Source of the DNA: Octopus bimaculoides
Taxonomy: Eukaryota
Reading direction: 5' to 3'
Assembly: GCF_001194135.2 (NCBI RefSeq)
Contig: NC_068981.1
Location: 191,534,196 to 191,587,653, forward strand
DNA: 53,458 bases
Part shown: one piece after another, positions 1 to 10,836 of the stretch
Layout of the letters: each line of letters begins with the position of its first letter
Numbering within the stretch: position 1 is the first letter of the stretch
Notes under the pieces: generated by a model
Told to the model about the DNA's origin: nothing
The model's input: only the letters and a program-made list of their open reading frames with translations
Database searches by the model: none
Position numbers and translations under genes: made by a program

Positions 1-462
1 ATATATATATATATATAATGAAAGTGATTGAGACCTTAGCAATAGCAAATAGTATTTTATTGTTAAATTCAGAAGTTTGCATACCAACAAGGTAATAATT
101 GTCATTGATAATACAGATTTATACATGTCTGTGTGTGTATGCATATGAATTCATGTATACACCCACATACATATATCTATGGTATTTGTGCATAAATTTC
201 ATAAACACATTCGTTTTTAGCCATTGATAAAATAGAAAAGATTATAGTAATGACAAGTAAACAATTTTATTTTATATAAAATATTCAAATACAAATTTGA
301 TAGTGATAGATCTCCAGCCAGTAAAAATAGTTCAGATTAATCTTTAGTGAATTAGGAGTCCTGCAGCTAATAATGTTGCTGTATATGTATGCTTTAATAG
401 TCCTGTAATTAACAGAAATTTTTTGAGTCAGTTTTTATCATGTAATTTTCTGTAATTTTCAG

Positions 463-514
463 TGGTTCCCGTTGTCCATGTGGGGAATACTGCAACAACA
501 AAAGATTCACTCGA
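463..514 (+). CDS. SETD2: SETD2 exon (first in window): end of the AWS/pre-SET Zn cluster, (C)GSRCPCGEYCNNKRFTR
   Basis: ttttcAG|T...CGA|GTAAGT; phase 2 in, phase 0 out. The translation matches the AWS end (human CSSRCPNGDYCSNRRFQR, recalled). Upstream exons lie outside the window. Confidence 0.9.
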
Positions 515-716
515 GTAAGTTAATGAGTTCAATTCTGTGTCTAGTTTTAGATAACTTATCTATTAAAAAAAAATAATCGAAAAAAACTTCAAACATTAAC
601 TGCATTCATTTATTCTCTCTCTCACACACACACACACATACACACTGAATATTAGATTGTTTTTACAATCTTCAGTTAATGATACAAATATCTCTGCGGT
701 GTCTCATGCAAATGAC

Positions 717-892
717 ATGTAAAAGCACCCATTACACTCTTGGAGTGGTTGACGTTAGGAAGGGCAGCCAGCCGTAGAAAACCATGCCAAATCAAACTGG
801 AGTTTGGTGCAGCTCGTCATCTTGTCAGCTCTGATCAAACCATCCAACCCATGCTAGCATGAACAATGGACATTAAATGATGATGATGATGA
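717..892 (+). mobile_element. RTE-clade LINE 3' end (5'-truncated) with (GAT)n tail
   Basis: Shared core AAAAGCACCC..ACTC..GAGTGGTTGGC.TTAGGAAGGGCATCCAGC...CCATCCAACCCATGCTAGCATG...TTAAATGATGATG, repeated more than 20 times in the window. Confidence 0.75.
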
Positions 893-1384
893 ATTTTATA
901 CAAAAATGTTATTGTGTGTCTGGTAAAGCAACAAAGATAATTATTATCATGATGATGATTGTGGCAGCTGTGTTGCAGCACTCCATATTTGTTATGGCTG
1001 TAGTTAATGATGCAGAGGCTGATATCACCTTTTACTACTACGAATGTGGCCATCACAAGCACAATTATTACTGCTATCACTACTAACATGACGGCAACCT
1101 CTGACATACTCATTGCTAATTTGATACTCTTGATATGATGCAATATTAAGGCTATTTTGGGTGTGGTGGTAATAACGATGCTGACTATGACAAATATGTT
1201 TACCATCATACTCCTCCTTGGCAAGGCATTTTAAACATGTTTATCAATTGGTGGAAATTTTTCATTAAAAAATTTTCTTCTACTACACAACAGACAATGT
1301 GATTGGCTATAAAACTAATTGACTAGTTTAACTTTTGTGAAGCTAGCTTGGCTAGTAAACTTTGTTTAGAATTTTACTTTACTC

Positions 1385-2028
1385 TGGAGATATGCTTTGA
1401 CTGAGAAGACCCAGCAAATAAAGTGAGATCACAGCTGTAGCCTACGCCAGTGTCACATAACCAGCCCACTCAAAAAGTACCTTTGGATCGTAGGTCGACA
1501 TGCCGTGCTTGAGGAGATCTATTGAGTCAAGTACATCAAAATCAAAATGAAATCAAACCACAATCAAATGGAAATTGTAGTTGTGGCTGATGCCAGCACC
1601 GCCTGTCTGGCTCCTTGTGCTGATGGCACGTAAAATGCATCATCCAAATGTGGCTCCCGTGCTGGTGGCATGTAAAAAGCACCATCTGAACGTGGCTGAT
1701 GCCAGTGCCGCCTTGACTGGCTCCTGTGCCAGTGGCACGTAAAAGCACCATCCAAACGTTGATGCCAGCCCCCTCTGGCTCCCGTGTCAGTGGCATGTAA
1801 AAAGCACCATCCAAACGTGGTCGATGCCAGTCCCCTCTCACCCCTGTGCCGGTGACACATAAAAAGCACCCACTACACTCATAGTGGTTGGCATTAGGAA
1901 GGGCATCCAGCTGTAGAAACACTGCCAGATCAGATTGGAGCCTAGTGCAGCCTCCTGGCTTCCCAGACCCCAGTTGAACCGTCCAACTCATACCAACATG
2001 GAAAACGGACGTTAAACGATGATGATGA
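1385..2028 (+). mobile_element. Long RTE LINE 3' end with an internal ~60-bp tandem array
   Basis: Same 3' core and (GAT)n tail. The 5' part resembles the RT C-terminal ..MLxLRR/AVLEK region. 4-5 TGGCAYGTAAAAAGCACC units at ~1585-1870. Confidence 0.75.
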
Positions 2029-2509
2029 ACTACAAGATCCTGGATTCAATCCCACTATACAGCAACTTGAGAAAGTGCTTTCCTTTATAGTCTCAGAGCA
2101 GCAGTTTTGGATGTGAGATTTGGTAGAAAGAAACTGTGGAAATCTCTAGGAAGATTCATTCCTGTTTTTAGGTGGTAGATTTAATCTGTCCCATGAGTAC
2201 TTTTCACAGAGTTTACTGTGTTGCTAGTGTCTGGATAAGGTCACTGGTATGAAGATATCTTCCTCTCTCCTGTCGATCTTAGAGACTCTAGAAAAGGTTA
2301 TAGATACTGCTGTTTATCATTTGACTGAATCATAAGAAAAATATGGGCTAGATTAATGCACACTATGCTCTACTTACCTCAAATAACTTAAGATGTTTTC
2401 TTTAGTCATTAAAATTGTTGATCTTATATGAAATATCTTTTGATTGTATTTGTCCTTGTTTATCATTGTTGAAATTTTAGGAAATGTAAGGGGTGTGTAT
2501 GTATAGATC

Positions 2510-2840
2510 ATCACCATCATCATCATCATTTAATGTCTGCTTTCCATGCTGGCATGGTTAGTACGGTTTGACATGGGGCTGGCTAGCAAAGCTGTCCAGA
2601 CTCTGACTGTCTGTTGTAGCATGGCTTCTTTGGCTGGATGCCCTTCCTAACATGAACCACTTAATAGTGTACTGGGTGCTTATTATATAACACCCACAGA
2701 GGTGCTTTTTAAGTGGCACCTGCACCTTAAAAGACAAGCCTGTATGTGTAGAAGATGGTGATTTTACTTAGCTTGACACATCTATCAAGTACAGCAAATT
2801 ACCACATCCCCTGGTCTCTTGTCATTTCCTCAGTGAGGCC
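2510..2840 (-). mobile_element. RTE LINE 3' end (antisense, diverged)
   Basis: (CAT)n-TTTAATGTCTGCTTTCCATGCTGGCATGG...GGATGCCCTTCCTAA is the reverse complement of the family core. Confidence 0.7.
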
Positions 2841-3302
2841 CAATGTACATGTGTGTGTATGTGTCTGTCTGTCTCTCTCTCTCTCTATATATATATATAT
2901 AATGATGCAAGACTTTGAACCTCGTGAAGGAACAATAAGGGACGAGGATGGAATAACTGGCAAATGTTATGCTTCAGAAGACCTGCCCATCTCATGGCAT
3001 GGGTTAAACAGTTTGACAAGATCTTATGAATTCAATGTCTGTATTAATATGGTTTCTGTACAACCGTGTGCCCTTCCTAACATCGATCACTTCAAAGTGA
3101 TGTGTGTTTTTTTAGTGCACCAGCTCTGGTGAAGATTGTCTTACATCTTACAAGACTAAGGGCCCAAGATGGCGCCTAAGTGACTCCTGCTATGAAAATA
3201 TAACATTTGAAACAAATGTATAAATTCTAGTAACACTTTTAGATTACAACTGATACTCAGGAATTAAATGTAATAATAAAAACACTATTTTGTACTTTTT
3301 AG

Positions 3303-3379
3303 CATCAATATGTAAATGTCACAACATTCCAGACAGAAAACAAAGGACTTGGATTAATGACTCTTGAAGATGTCCTGCC
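3303..3379 (+). CDS. SETD2: SETD2 exon: start of the SET domain, HQYVNVTTFQTENKGLGLMTLEDVLP
   Basis: ctttttAG|CAT...CC|GTAAGT; phase 0 in, phase 2 out. Contains the SET N-terminal KGxGL motif. Confidence 0.92.
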
Positions 3380-3552
3380 GTAAGTAGTCTTACTTAGAAA
3401 CTATTGTTTTTAACCATCATCATCATTGTTTTAAGTCTACTTTTCCATGCTTCTATGGGTTGGATGGTCATTATTGCACTTGTAGATAGATAGGAGGAGC
3501 AATCTCACAGTTTTCATTTTTGGTTTGATTTCTGTGGTTGGATGCTCTTCCT

Positions 3553-3770
3553 ATCATCATCATCATCATCGTTTAACGTCCGCTTTCCATGCTAGCATGG
3601 GTTGGACGACTTGACTGAGGACTGGTGAAACCGGATGGCAACACCAGGCTCCAATCTAAATTTGGCAGAGTTTCTACAGCTGGATGCCCTTCCTAACGCC
3701 AACCACTCAGAGAGTGTAGTAGGTGCTTTTACGTGTCACCTGCACGAAGGCCAGTCAGGCGCAACATCTT
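3553..3770 (-). mobile_element. RTE LINE 3' end (antisense, young)
   Basis: CATCATCGTTTAACGTCCGCTTTCCATGCTAGCATGGGTTGGACG..., with CpGs retained. Near-identical to the copy at 43636. Confidence 0.8.
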
Positions 3771-4569
3771 TATACAGTGCACTGAATGCATTATGGCACC
3801 GGTACCAGAAGAAATTAGGGATAAGAGCATGACAGATAGCAAGCAATGGATAAATGGTAAGGATAAATAAATGTTGATACTAAATTGCAAGGTGGGGAAT
3901 ATAGCTAGAGTCCTTACCTGGGGTGATCCCCTTAACTATTTTGATACCAACATGCTTGAGACTACTCCTGATTCTGTGATACAAACTTCTTGTTTTAAAA
4001 TATTTAAAACTTCCCATCGAAAGCACTTGTTTCAAGGTGAGTGAGAGGTCAAGGACAATAAAAAGCAATGTGAACAAATGAAATCTGTTGCCATTCTTAC
4101 TCACACAGGCAACATAATACAGTGAGATTGAGAAAAGGAGAAGGTAATTGAGTAGCCTTAATGGTATGCACATATACATGCATGTGTGTGTGTGTGTATC
4201 TACTGGTATTTCCCTTCAAACCACTTCTCCATTCTTGTTCTTCACCCTCTATATTCACCTCTACTCCTATCTCTAACTATCTGCTATTCTTTCCTCTCAC
4301 TTTTATAAACCACCCACTCCTGATCCACTGTCCATAACTACCATCTTAACTTTCTCTCAGATACTGCCATTTACTCTGATATAAATGTTGGGTAGCTATG
4401 TATCTTATCTGTAGCAAGACGCTTGTCCCTGACGTAAAAATATCACCTCTCCCTCATCTCAAATACCATCATCACCTCTACTTAGTTGAAGGGCCTTTCC
4501 CTTTCTGCTACTATTTGCCGTCCCCTTTTTTTGTCTTTTCCTCACTTGCAAGATACTTGGCAACCCTAG

Positions 4570-4756
4570 TAGTGCTGGTGGCATGAAAAAAAAAAAAAAA
4601 ACAGCTCTCAGGACACATTGTAAAATGGTTGGCATTAGAAGGGCATCCAGCTTTAGACACCATGCCAAAGCTGACATGGAACACAATGCAGCTCTGTTTC
4701 ACTGATCATGTCAAACTGTCCAAAATGGATGTTAAATGATGATGATGATGATGATT
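4570..4756 (+). mobile_element. RTE LINE 3' end
   Basis: TGGTTGGCATTAGAAGGGCATCCAGC...GGATGTTAAATGATGATG. Confidence 0.7.
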
Positions 4757-4913
4757 ACATACATACACACACCTAACGATACATGCCTATATAAATACTT
4801 AAGTATACATTTAATAAATATAATTTTGAAGATTAAAAAAAAAAAAATTATTCCTTTAAACAGTTTTTTAGTTCTATCAAAGCAATTAATCTTTTGTTTA
4901 CTTTCTTTTGTAG

Positions 4914-5115
4914 GCATACATTTGTCATGGAGTATGTTGGAGAAGTTCTTGACTATAAGCAGTTCAAGAATCGGACAAAGCAGTATGCTAAAAATGGCCA
5001 GGAGCATTATTATTTCATGTCCCTGAACGCTGATGAAGTGATTGATGCCACATACAGAGGAAATAAATCTCGTTTTATTAATCATAGCTGTGATCCAAAT
5101 TGTGAAACTCAAAAG
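4914..5115 (+). CDS. SETD2: SETD2 exon: SET core, HTFVMEYVGEV...DATYRGNKSRFINHSCDPNCETQK
   Basis: ttttgtAG|G...AAG|GTGAGT. EYVGEV and RFINHSCxPN are diagnostic SET motifs (ORF track 4894..5127). Confidence 0.97.
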
Positions 5116-5680
5116 GTGAGTTTGTGAGAAGGAACTGTTTTTTCCTATAATTCCTCTATGCTAGCATAGGTCTTATAATTTTTCAGAATTGATCATATGC
5201 ATACGATTATAACAGTTTGTTTTTACTGCCATATGTTGTTCCTTATGCAAACTGCTTGCTGTTAAATCGGGGTGCAGCCTCTTGTAAACCAAGTAAACTG
5301 GAGCAAACGATTTTATGTGCCTTGTTCACAATCATTACACATTGGCTACTGTGAGGTTTGACTCGTGGCAGATAAGTTGATTTCATTTTCATTTGATAGG
5401 TGCTGGCATGGCTGTGTGGTTGAGAAGTTTACTTCCCTACCACATGGTTTATGGTTCAGTCCCACTGCATAGTACCTTCAGCAGGTGTTGTTTTGGAAGT
5501 TGATTTGGTAGAGAGAAACACCTCAGATCTTTTGTAATCATAGAGAAATTCAAACTAACATTTAGTTAAATCAGTTTGACTTTGTTTCACCGTACATTCA
5601 TTATAAATAGAAATTTTCATATATTATCTGCAGAATCAATTGTCACACTCAGCTTATTTATTTACTTATTTTTTCTTTAG

Positions 5681-5772
5681 TGGACAGTAAATGGAATGCT
5701 GCGAATTGGATTTTTCACCAAAAAGTATATTAGTGCTGGGCAGGAGATGACATTTGATTATCAGTTTGAAAG
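5681..5772 (+). CDS. SETD2: SETD2 exon: SET C-terminus, WTVNGMLRIGFFTKKYISAGQEMTFDYQFE(x)
   Basis: tttcttTAG|TGG...GAAAG|GTAAAT. ExTFDY motif. An in-frame TAA at 5774-5776 forces use of this donor. Confidence 0.95.
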
Positions 5773-6065
5773 GTAAATCTGATATCTAGGTGTATTATTT
5801 CATTCCTTTGTTACACTACTTAACAAGAGAGTTAACCTGACATATGATGGAGCTAAAGCTTTGATATTAAGCTAGTACTTTTTATCCATTAAAGTCAACT
5901 GTGTGATTCAGTTTTATTATTTAATCAAATATTTTACAGTATTATTAAATAACAATATCTTTTGACATAAGATCCGGCTAATGATGCCCTATTCCGTTGT
6001 ATTTAATATTCTTTATTAAATTTAAAAAAATACTTTTTTAAAGTTCATGAATAATAGAACAAGTA

Positions 6066-6240
6066 GAAAGATATATTTTTCAACACATAAATACTGAACA
6101 GTATAGTGTTAAATACTGAACAGTATATATATAAATACTGTATAAATACTGAATAAATAAACAGTATAAATACTGAACAGTATATAAAGGATAAAATCCT
6201 TTATATACTGTTCAGTATTTACTTGTTGAAAAAATCTTTC
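6066..6240. repeat. Foldback inverted repeat with internal 18-bp tandem units and a perfect 25-bp hairpin
   Basis: 6167-6191 TAAATACTGAACAGTATATAAAGGA is the exact reverse complement of 6197-6221, with a TAAAA loop. Outer arms GAAAGAT..TTTTTCAAC / GTTGAAAAAATCTTTC. Confidence 0.9.
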
Positions 6241-6381
6241 AACTTTCTTTGTTGTAATCATGGTTCACATAAATGACCACATCTTGTTAGTTTAACATTG
6301 ACTTAGATCTTTTCTTTTTAAATTCCAAATATATGAATAGTTAGAAAAGTTTTTCAGTGGCATTTTGTATTATTTGTGTAG

Positions 6382-6517
6382 CAAACAAGCACAAAAATGT
6401 CACTGTGGCTCAAGTTGTTGTCGAGGAACAATAGGTGGTAAGAAAAAGTCTACAGTGAAATCCAAGAAGAAAAGTGTTTCCTCAGAAAAGAAAAAGAAAG
6501 AGTTTGAAGATGAATCT
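6382..6517 (+). CDS. SETD2: SETD2 exon: post-SET, KQAQKCHCGSSCCRGTIGGKKK...EFEDES
   Basis: tttgtgTAG|C AAA...TCT|GTGAGT. CxCxxxxC post-SET motif followed by a basic tract. An in-frame alternative acceptor lies at 6358. Confidence 0.9.
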
Positions 6518-9224
6518 GTGAGTTTACTAATTCAAAATATGCTATATTCCACTTAAAAAAATTGTTCTGTTGGGTAATTATGGCCAAGATGATTTCAGAA
6601 ATAAAAGCTTTTGGTCAAATTACTTAATCTTTTTGTAAAATACCACTTCTATGATTTATTTCTAATTTGTTACTGGGATATGGGTAGTCTGGTTTTTTAT
6701 TTTCCTTTTCTTTTATCATAACATTTTTGCTTATAAATAACCAAATAAGTGGTATAACTTAAAGATTAGGAATACATTTGACATTTTTTAAAAATTAAAA
6801 TGAAATAATGAATTATTTTATACTAATTTGTTCTCATTTTAATTGGCTAGCCATTTAGTTACAGAGCTTGGTTTGTTGCCTAAAAGCTGCCCTTGCAATC
6901 TCGGCTTATCTATATAGATTGGTTAATGCTTTATAATGTGATTCAAGCAATTCTATCAGAGCCATTAACTCAATTAATTTTATTTGGATTTTTGGTACTA
7001 ATCATGCTTCTAAGTTAAAATATTAATGCTGCTGTGGATATTTAAAAACTCTTAAAATTAATTCATTATTTTTTTTTTTTTGGTTTACATTGTTCTAAAA
7101 GCTTGTTTGTAAGCTTTTGTTTAGGTCCCAAGTTCTATTCTACTTTATTATTAGACACAAATATATATGTTATAGATTACAAGGAAGAATAGTATTTTTT
7201 TATTATTATTTTGGTTTTTATCAAAAGCAAAATTTTTTATTTTCTAATTTTACCAATGATTTTGATCTGGCCATCCACCAATTGCACAGGTCTTTAATAA
7301 TTAAAAATCAACATCACAGATTCTGTCACTGATCAAATATGTTAATTAGCAAGTACAAAAATATAGGTTGGAGAGATAAAATTCTGACTTAAAAGTTCTA
7401 AGTTTCCTTTTGGATACCCTTTTTGTTTGCTTTTCTTTGTTTTTGAAAATTCTAATTTCTGTTTACATTTTCATTCCATTTTTCCTCTTTTTTTTTTTGC
7501 AATTGAAATTTTCAAATTATTTTTATCATGTCTGGCAAAATTTATTATCTGTTAATTCTTTTTGTAAATTGAATTTTTAAAACCTTTTCTAAAACAAAAG
7601 GTTTTCTAATTTTGTAACTTGAAAAAAAAAAAAAGTATTTTATTTTCTTCAAGTTCTGAATTCTAGAACTTTATTTTATTTTACGATGTTCTGTAACCAT
7701 GGCTTTCTTCAAATCTAACACTGACAGTGTAGCATCTTATGAAATTTATTTAGAATGTAATTGATATATTGATTATTGGAATAATATATTTAAGTGACAA
7801 CTTAACTGAAATTCATTTTGATGGCTAGTGAAAATAATATTTGTCCAATAAAAGGACTTCTATTGCTTTTTCTTAGCCAAAGTTTGGTCAAAACTATATT
7901 ATTTCATAAAGGCTTAATTAGCTTTGTAGTTGTTATAAAGAAATTATACATGTTTTACGACTAAGTTTAAAATGAGAAAAGAATTAGAATAAGAGAATAG
8001 TGTTGAGGATATACGTATTTTATATCTCTTGTCTTTGAACTAAAAATACTTAACTCGAATTCTTGCTTTTTTGAGTTGTATAACCAAATTCCTCTAAATA
8101 TCTTGAAGTCAGCTGTTCCATCATATGCCTGAAATCAGTTGTTGGAATTCTGTAGAAAGCCTGTGATACTGGAATGGAATTTTCAAAACCTTTTCCCCTG
8201 ACCCTATTTCCAGAATATCCTAAAGCTCAATAAGCAATGGAACAACATGTCGCAGAGTGATGATGATGGTGATGACGGTGACGACAATGGTGGTGACAAC
8301 GGTGATGAGGAGGACGACGGCGATGACGAACAAGGCGCCGTTAAGAAGCAACCAGATGGCCAGATAAAACTACTCATGGTAAAATTAGAAACTAACCTCC
8401 TGCTAGTATTGAGACTAGGCAACAAACTACAGCAGCAGATGTGTCATGTGTCACTAACCATCTGTAGGCTATGATACCTAAATTTCAGGGGTTCGTTCTC
8501 CACCCTTAACCCCCATATAATGTTCAGTCCCTTCCCCAGCTTTCATTTACTGTTTGTATAAAGTGAAAAACTATCAGCTTCTTTGCATTTCTATTTTCAC
8601 TTTCTCTCTCTCTCTGTCTCTCTCTTTCACTCTATCTTTCTCTCTCACACACATACATATACATTACTCACACATCTAAAAATCTGACTTTAATTATACT
8701 AAGTCTTTAAATAATCATGCATGTTGACAGCATTTATACATATTTTCAGTATATGTATTTATGTGTGTATGTGTGTTTATAGACACACAAACACACCCAG
8801 ATACTTATTGATGTCTATTTGTATGTATTAATTGTTGGATGTTTTCTGTTTTATTAATTTACGTTTCACATTATCTACTGTCATTTCTACTTTCAGTGTT
8901 TTAATTAGTATCCAATTTATTAGAGCACTTTATTAAATTGGTTGGTTGATAATTTTTATAACTTGATTTTGAGATTCATCATAAATTACTAATAGTTAAC
9001 ATTTTCAAAATCAAAGAAAATGAAGACATTTTAGTAAGATGTTTTTTTTCATTTAAGCTATCATAACTGATTCAATTAATCTATTATCCAATTATTCAGT
9101 TTTATTTATAGCTCAAGATTGAATTTTGTTGAGGTTGGTTAATTATTGTCTTAAAGTTGCATTATTGTAGCTTTAATATATTATAATTATGGAGGCAGAT
9201 ATGTTGCATTACCATAAATAAATC

Positions 9225-9640
9225 TCATCATTTAACATGTTTTCCATGCTGGCATGAGGCAGATAGTTCAGTAGGATCCAACAATCTGGAGGACTGTGCC
9301 AACCTCTACTGTCTGCTTTGGGATGGTTTCTACAGTTAAATGCCTTTCCTAATGCCAACCACTTTAAAGTATACTGGATGCTATTTATGTAACGCCAGCA
9401 TAAGTGAGGTTACCATGTAATAACTCACAAAACTAAGATTTCCCTTGACTAGTATCATAGAGTAGGAAGGAGGTGGCTTTGTGCTAGGTGTTCAGAAATT
9501 AAAGTATGGTAAGGCAAGAACAAGTTTTTTGTTGTAGAGGAGATACATAGCTATATGAGGGTGATTGCAGGTAATTGGGGTGGAGCTGGAAAGAAAGATA
9601 AAGATGATGAGTTGTTAGAGCGTACCCTCAAAGTACAAGA
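9225..9640 (-). mobile_element. RTE-related LINE 3' fragment (antisense)
   Basis: CATCATTTAACATGTTTTCCATGCTGGCATG...ATGCCTTTCCTAATGCCAACCACTT, followed by a purine-rich segment also seen at 19600-19800, 42800-43300 and 47780-48480. Confidence 0.6.
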
Positions 9641-10704
9641 AGGTGACTAGAAGGGAGAGTGGGGATAGAAGATTAGATGGTGGGGATGAATCTCTGCCTC
9701 ACAATTCTGAATCCCAACTCTTGGGCCAAACTTCCTTCTTTATTTTACAGACCATGCCAGAGTGCAAAATAACTGCTGGTAAGATAATGGTTGGCATCGG
9801 AACAGGCTTTCTTCTTTCTTCCTTCTTAGAATATAGTCCTGTATGTAATCAAAAGAGATAATTATCATGTGTGAAGTGGTTTGTGTTTTGGTGAACTGAG
9901 CCTGTTTCCTCTACCATATATCTTTCAATTTCTTTACTTCTCTCCTACCTTAACTAATATAAGGTTTAATAACTCTCCAAGAAACCATTGCTATTGTTAG
10001 AGATATTGTGGTGAGGTTGTCAAGCTTTTGGAAAATGAATTTCTCTACCTGAGGCATTTCATATATTTTGCAAGAACATTGCCAATTTCTTTGTACTTTT
10101 GTTTGCTGAATTAAGAAAAAATTTTCTCTGCTACATTTGTAAAGTAATTTGTCAATATTCTGTTTTAAACTATCCACTCAGTTTAAAAAACAAAAATTTT
10201 TTTGTCTCTTGTTTTTGTCTCTGTTACAAAAGTGAATAAATGCTGTCTGATGCTAATGTGTTAATTTATTTTAAAAATAGTTTTCTTGCATTGTGGTGAT
10301 ATTCAGTTTCCCTAGGAAAATTTTCTTTTGTTTTATATAACTTTATATCTATTTTCATATACATATATATAATATATACAAACACACATATACATAAAAA
10401 CTAAATTTCTATGAATTTTCCACTTTTTTTAATGATTAAAATTTTTTTTTTAGATCACGTTTAGTGTGATAACTATATTACCTTACCTAATTTCGTTAAT
10501 TTAACTCTCTTTCTGCCATCAGGCTTATTGATTTGATTGCAAATCCACAAAATGCCTTTCTGTGTTGCCTTAATATCTTGCCTTAAGGCAAACTATCTGA
10601 GTTTCATTTTGTTTTTCCATTTATAATACTATAGAAAATCTACATTTTAAATTCCTTTTTCTTTTTCATTTTTCCTTTTCTCTGTATCCTGATTTTGTTT
10701 TTAG

Positions 10705-10836
10705 TTGGAAGAAGAAATGGAACGAATGTCCCAGTTAGAAGGATTAAAGAATAAAGAACATGTACTTAACCTGTGCAGGTTAATGGTTAGAGCAGAAAGT
10801 AATGACCATCGATTGTCCATATTGCGCATATTGCAG
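10705..10836 (+). CDS. SETD2: SETD2 exon: LEEEMERMSQLEGLKNKEHVLNLCRLMVRAESNDHRLSILRILQ
   Basis: gtttttAG|TTG...CAG|GTAGGT; 132 nt, phase 0/0. Matches human GLSDKNQVLSLSRLMVR (recalled). Confidence 0.92.

Noticed and set aside
1585-1870. CRISPR-like repeat/spacer pattern (also 21630-21900)
   Set aside because: The context is eukaryotic, there are no cas genes, the spacers are homologous to each other, and the array is internal to a LINE 3' UTR.
5972-5977. AG|ATCCGG as the missing 6-nt microexon (would give R-S-G)
   Set aside because: It is followed by CT rather than GT/GC, has a weak pyrimidine tract, and does not encode Tyr.
5773-6381. U12-type intron as an explanation for the RYG anomaly
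   Set aside because: The donor GTAAATCT does not match the RTATCCTT U12 consensus.
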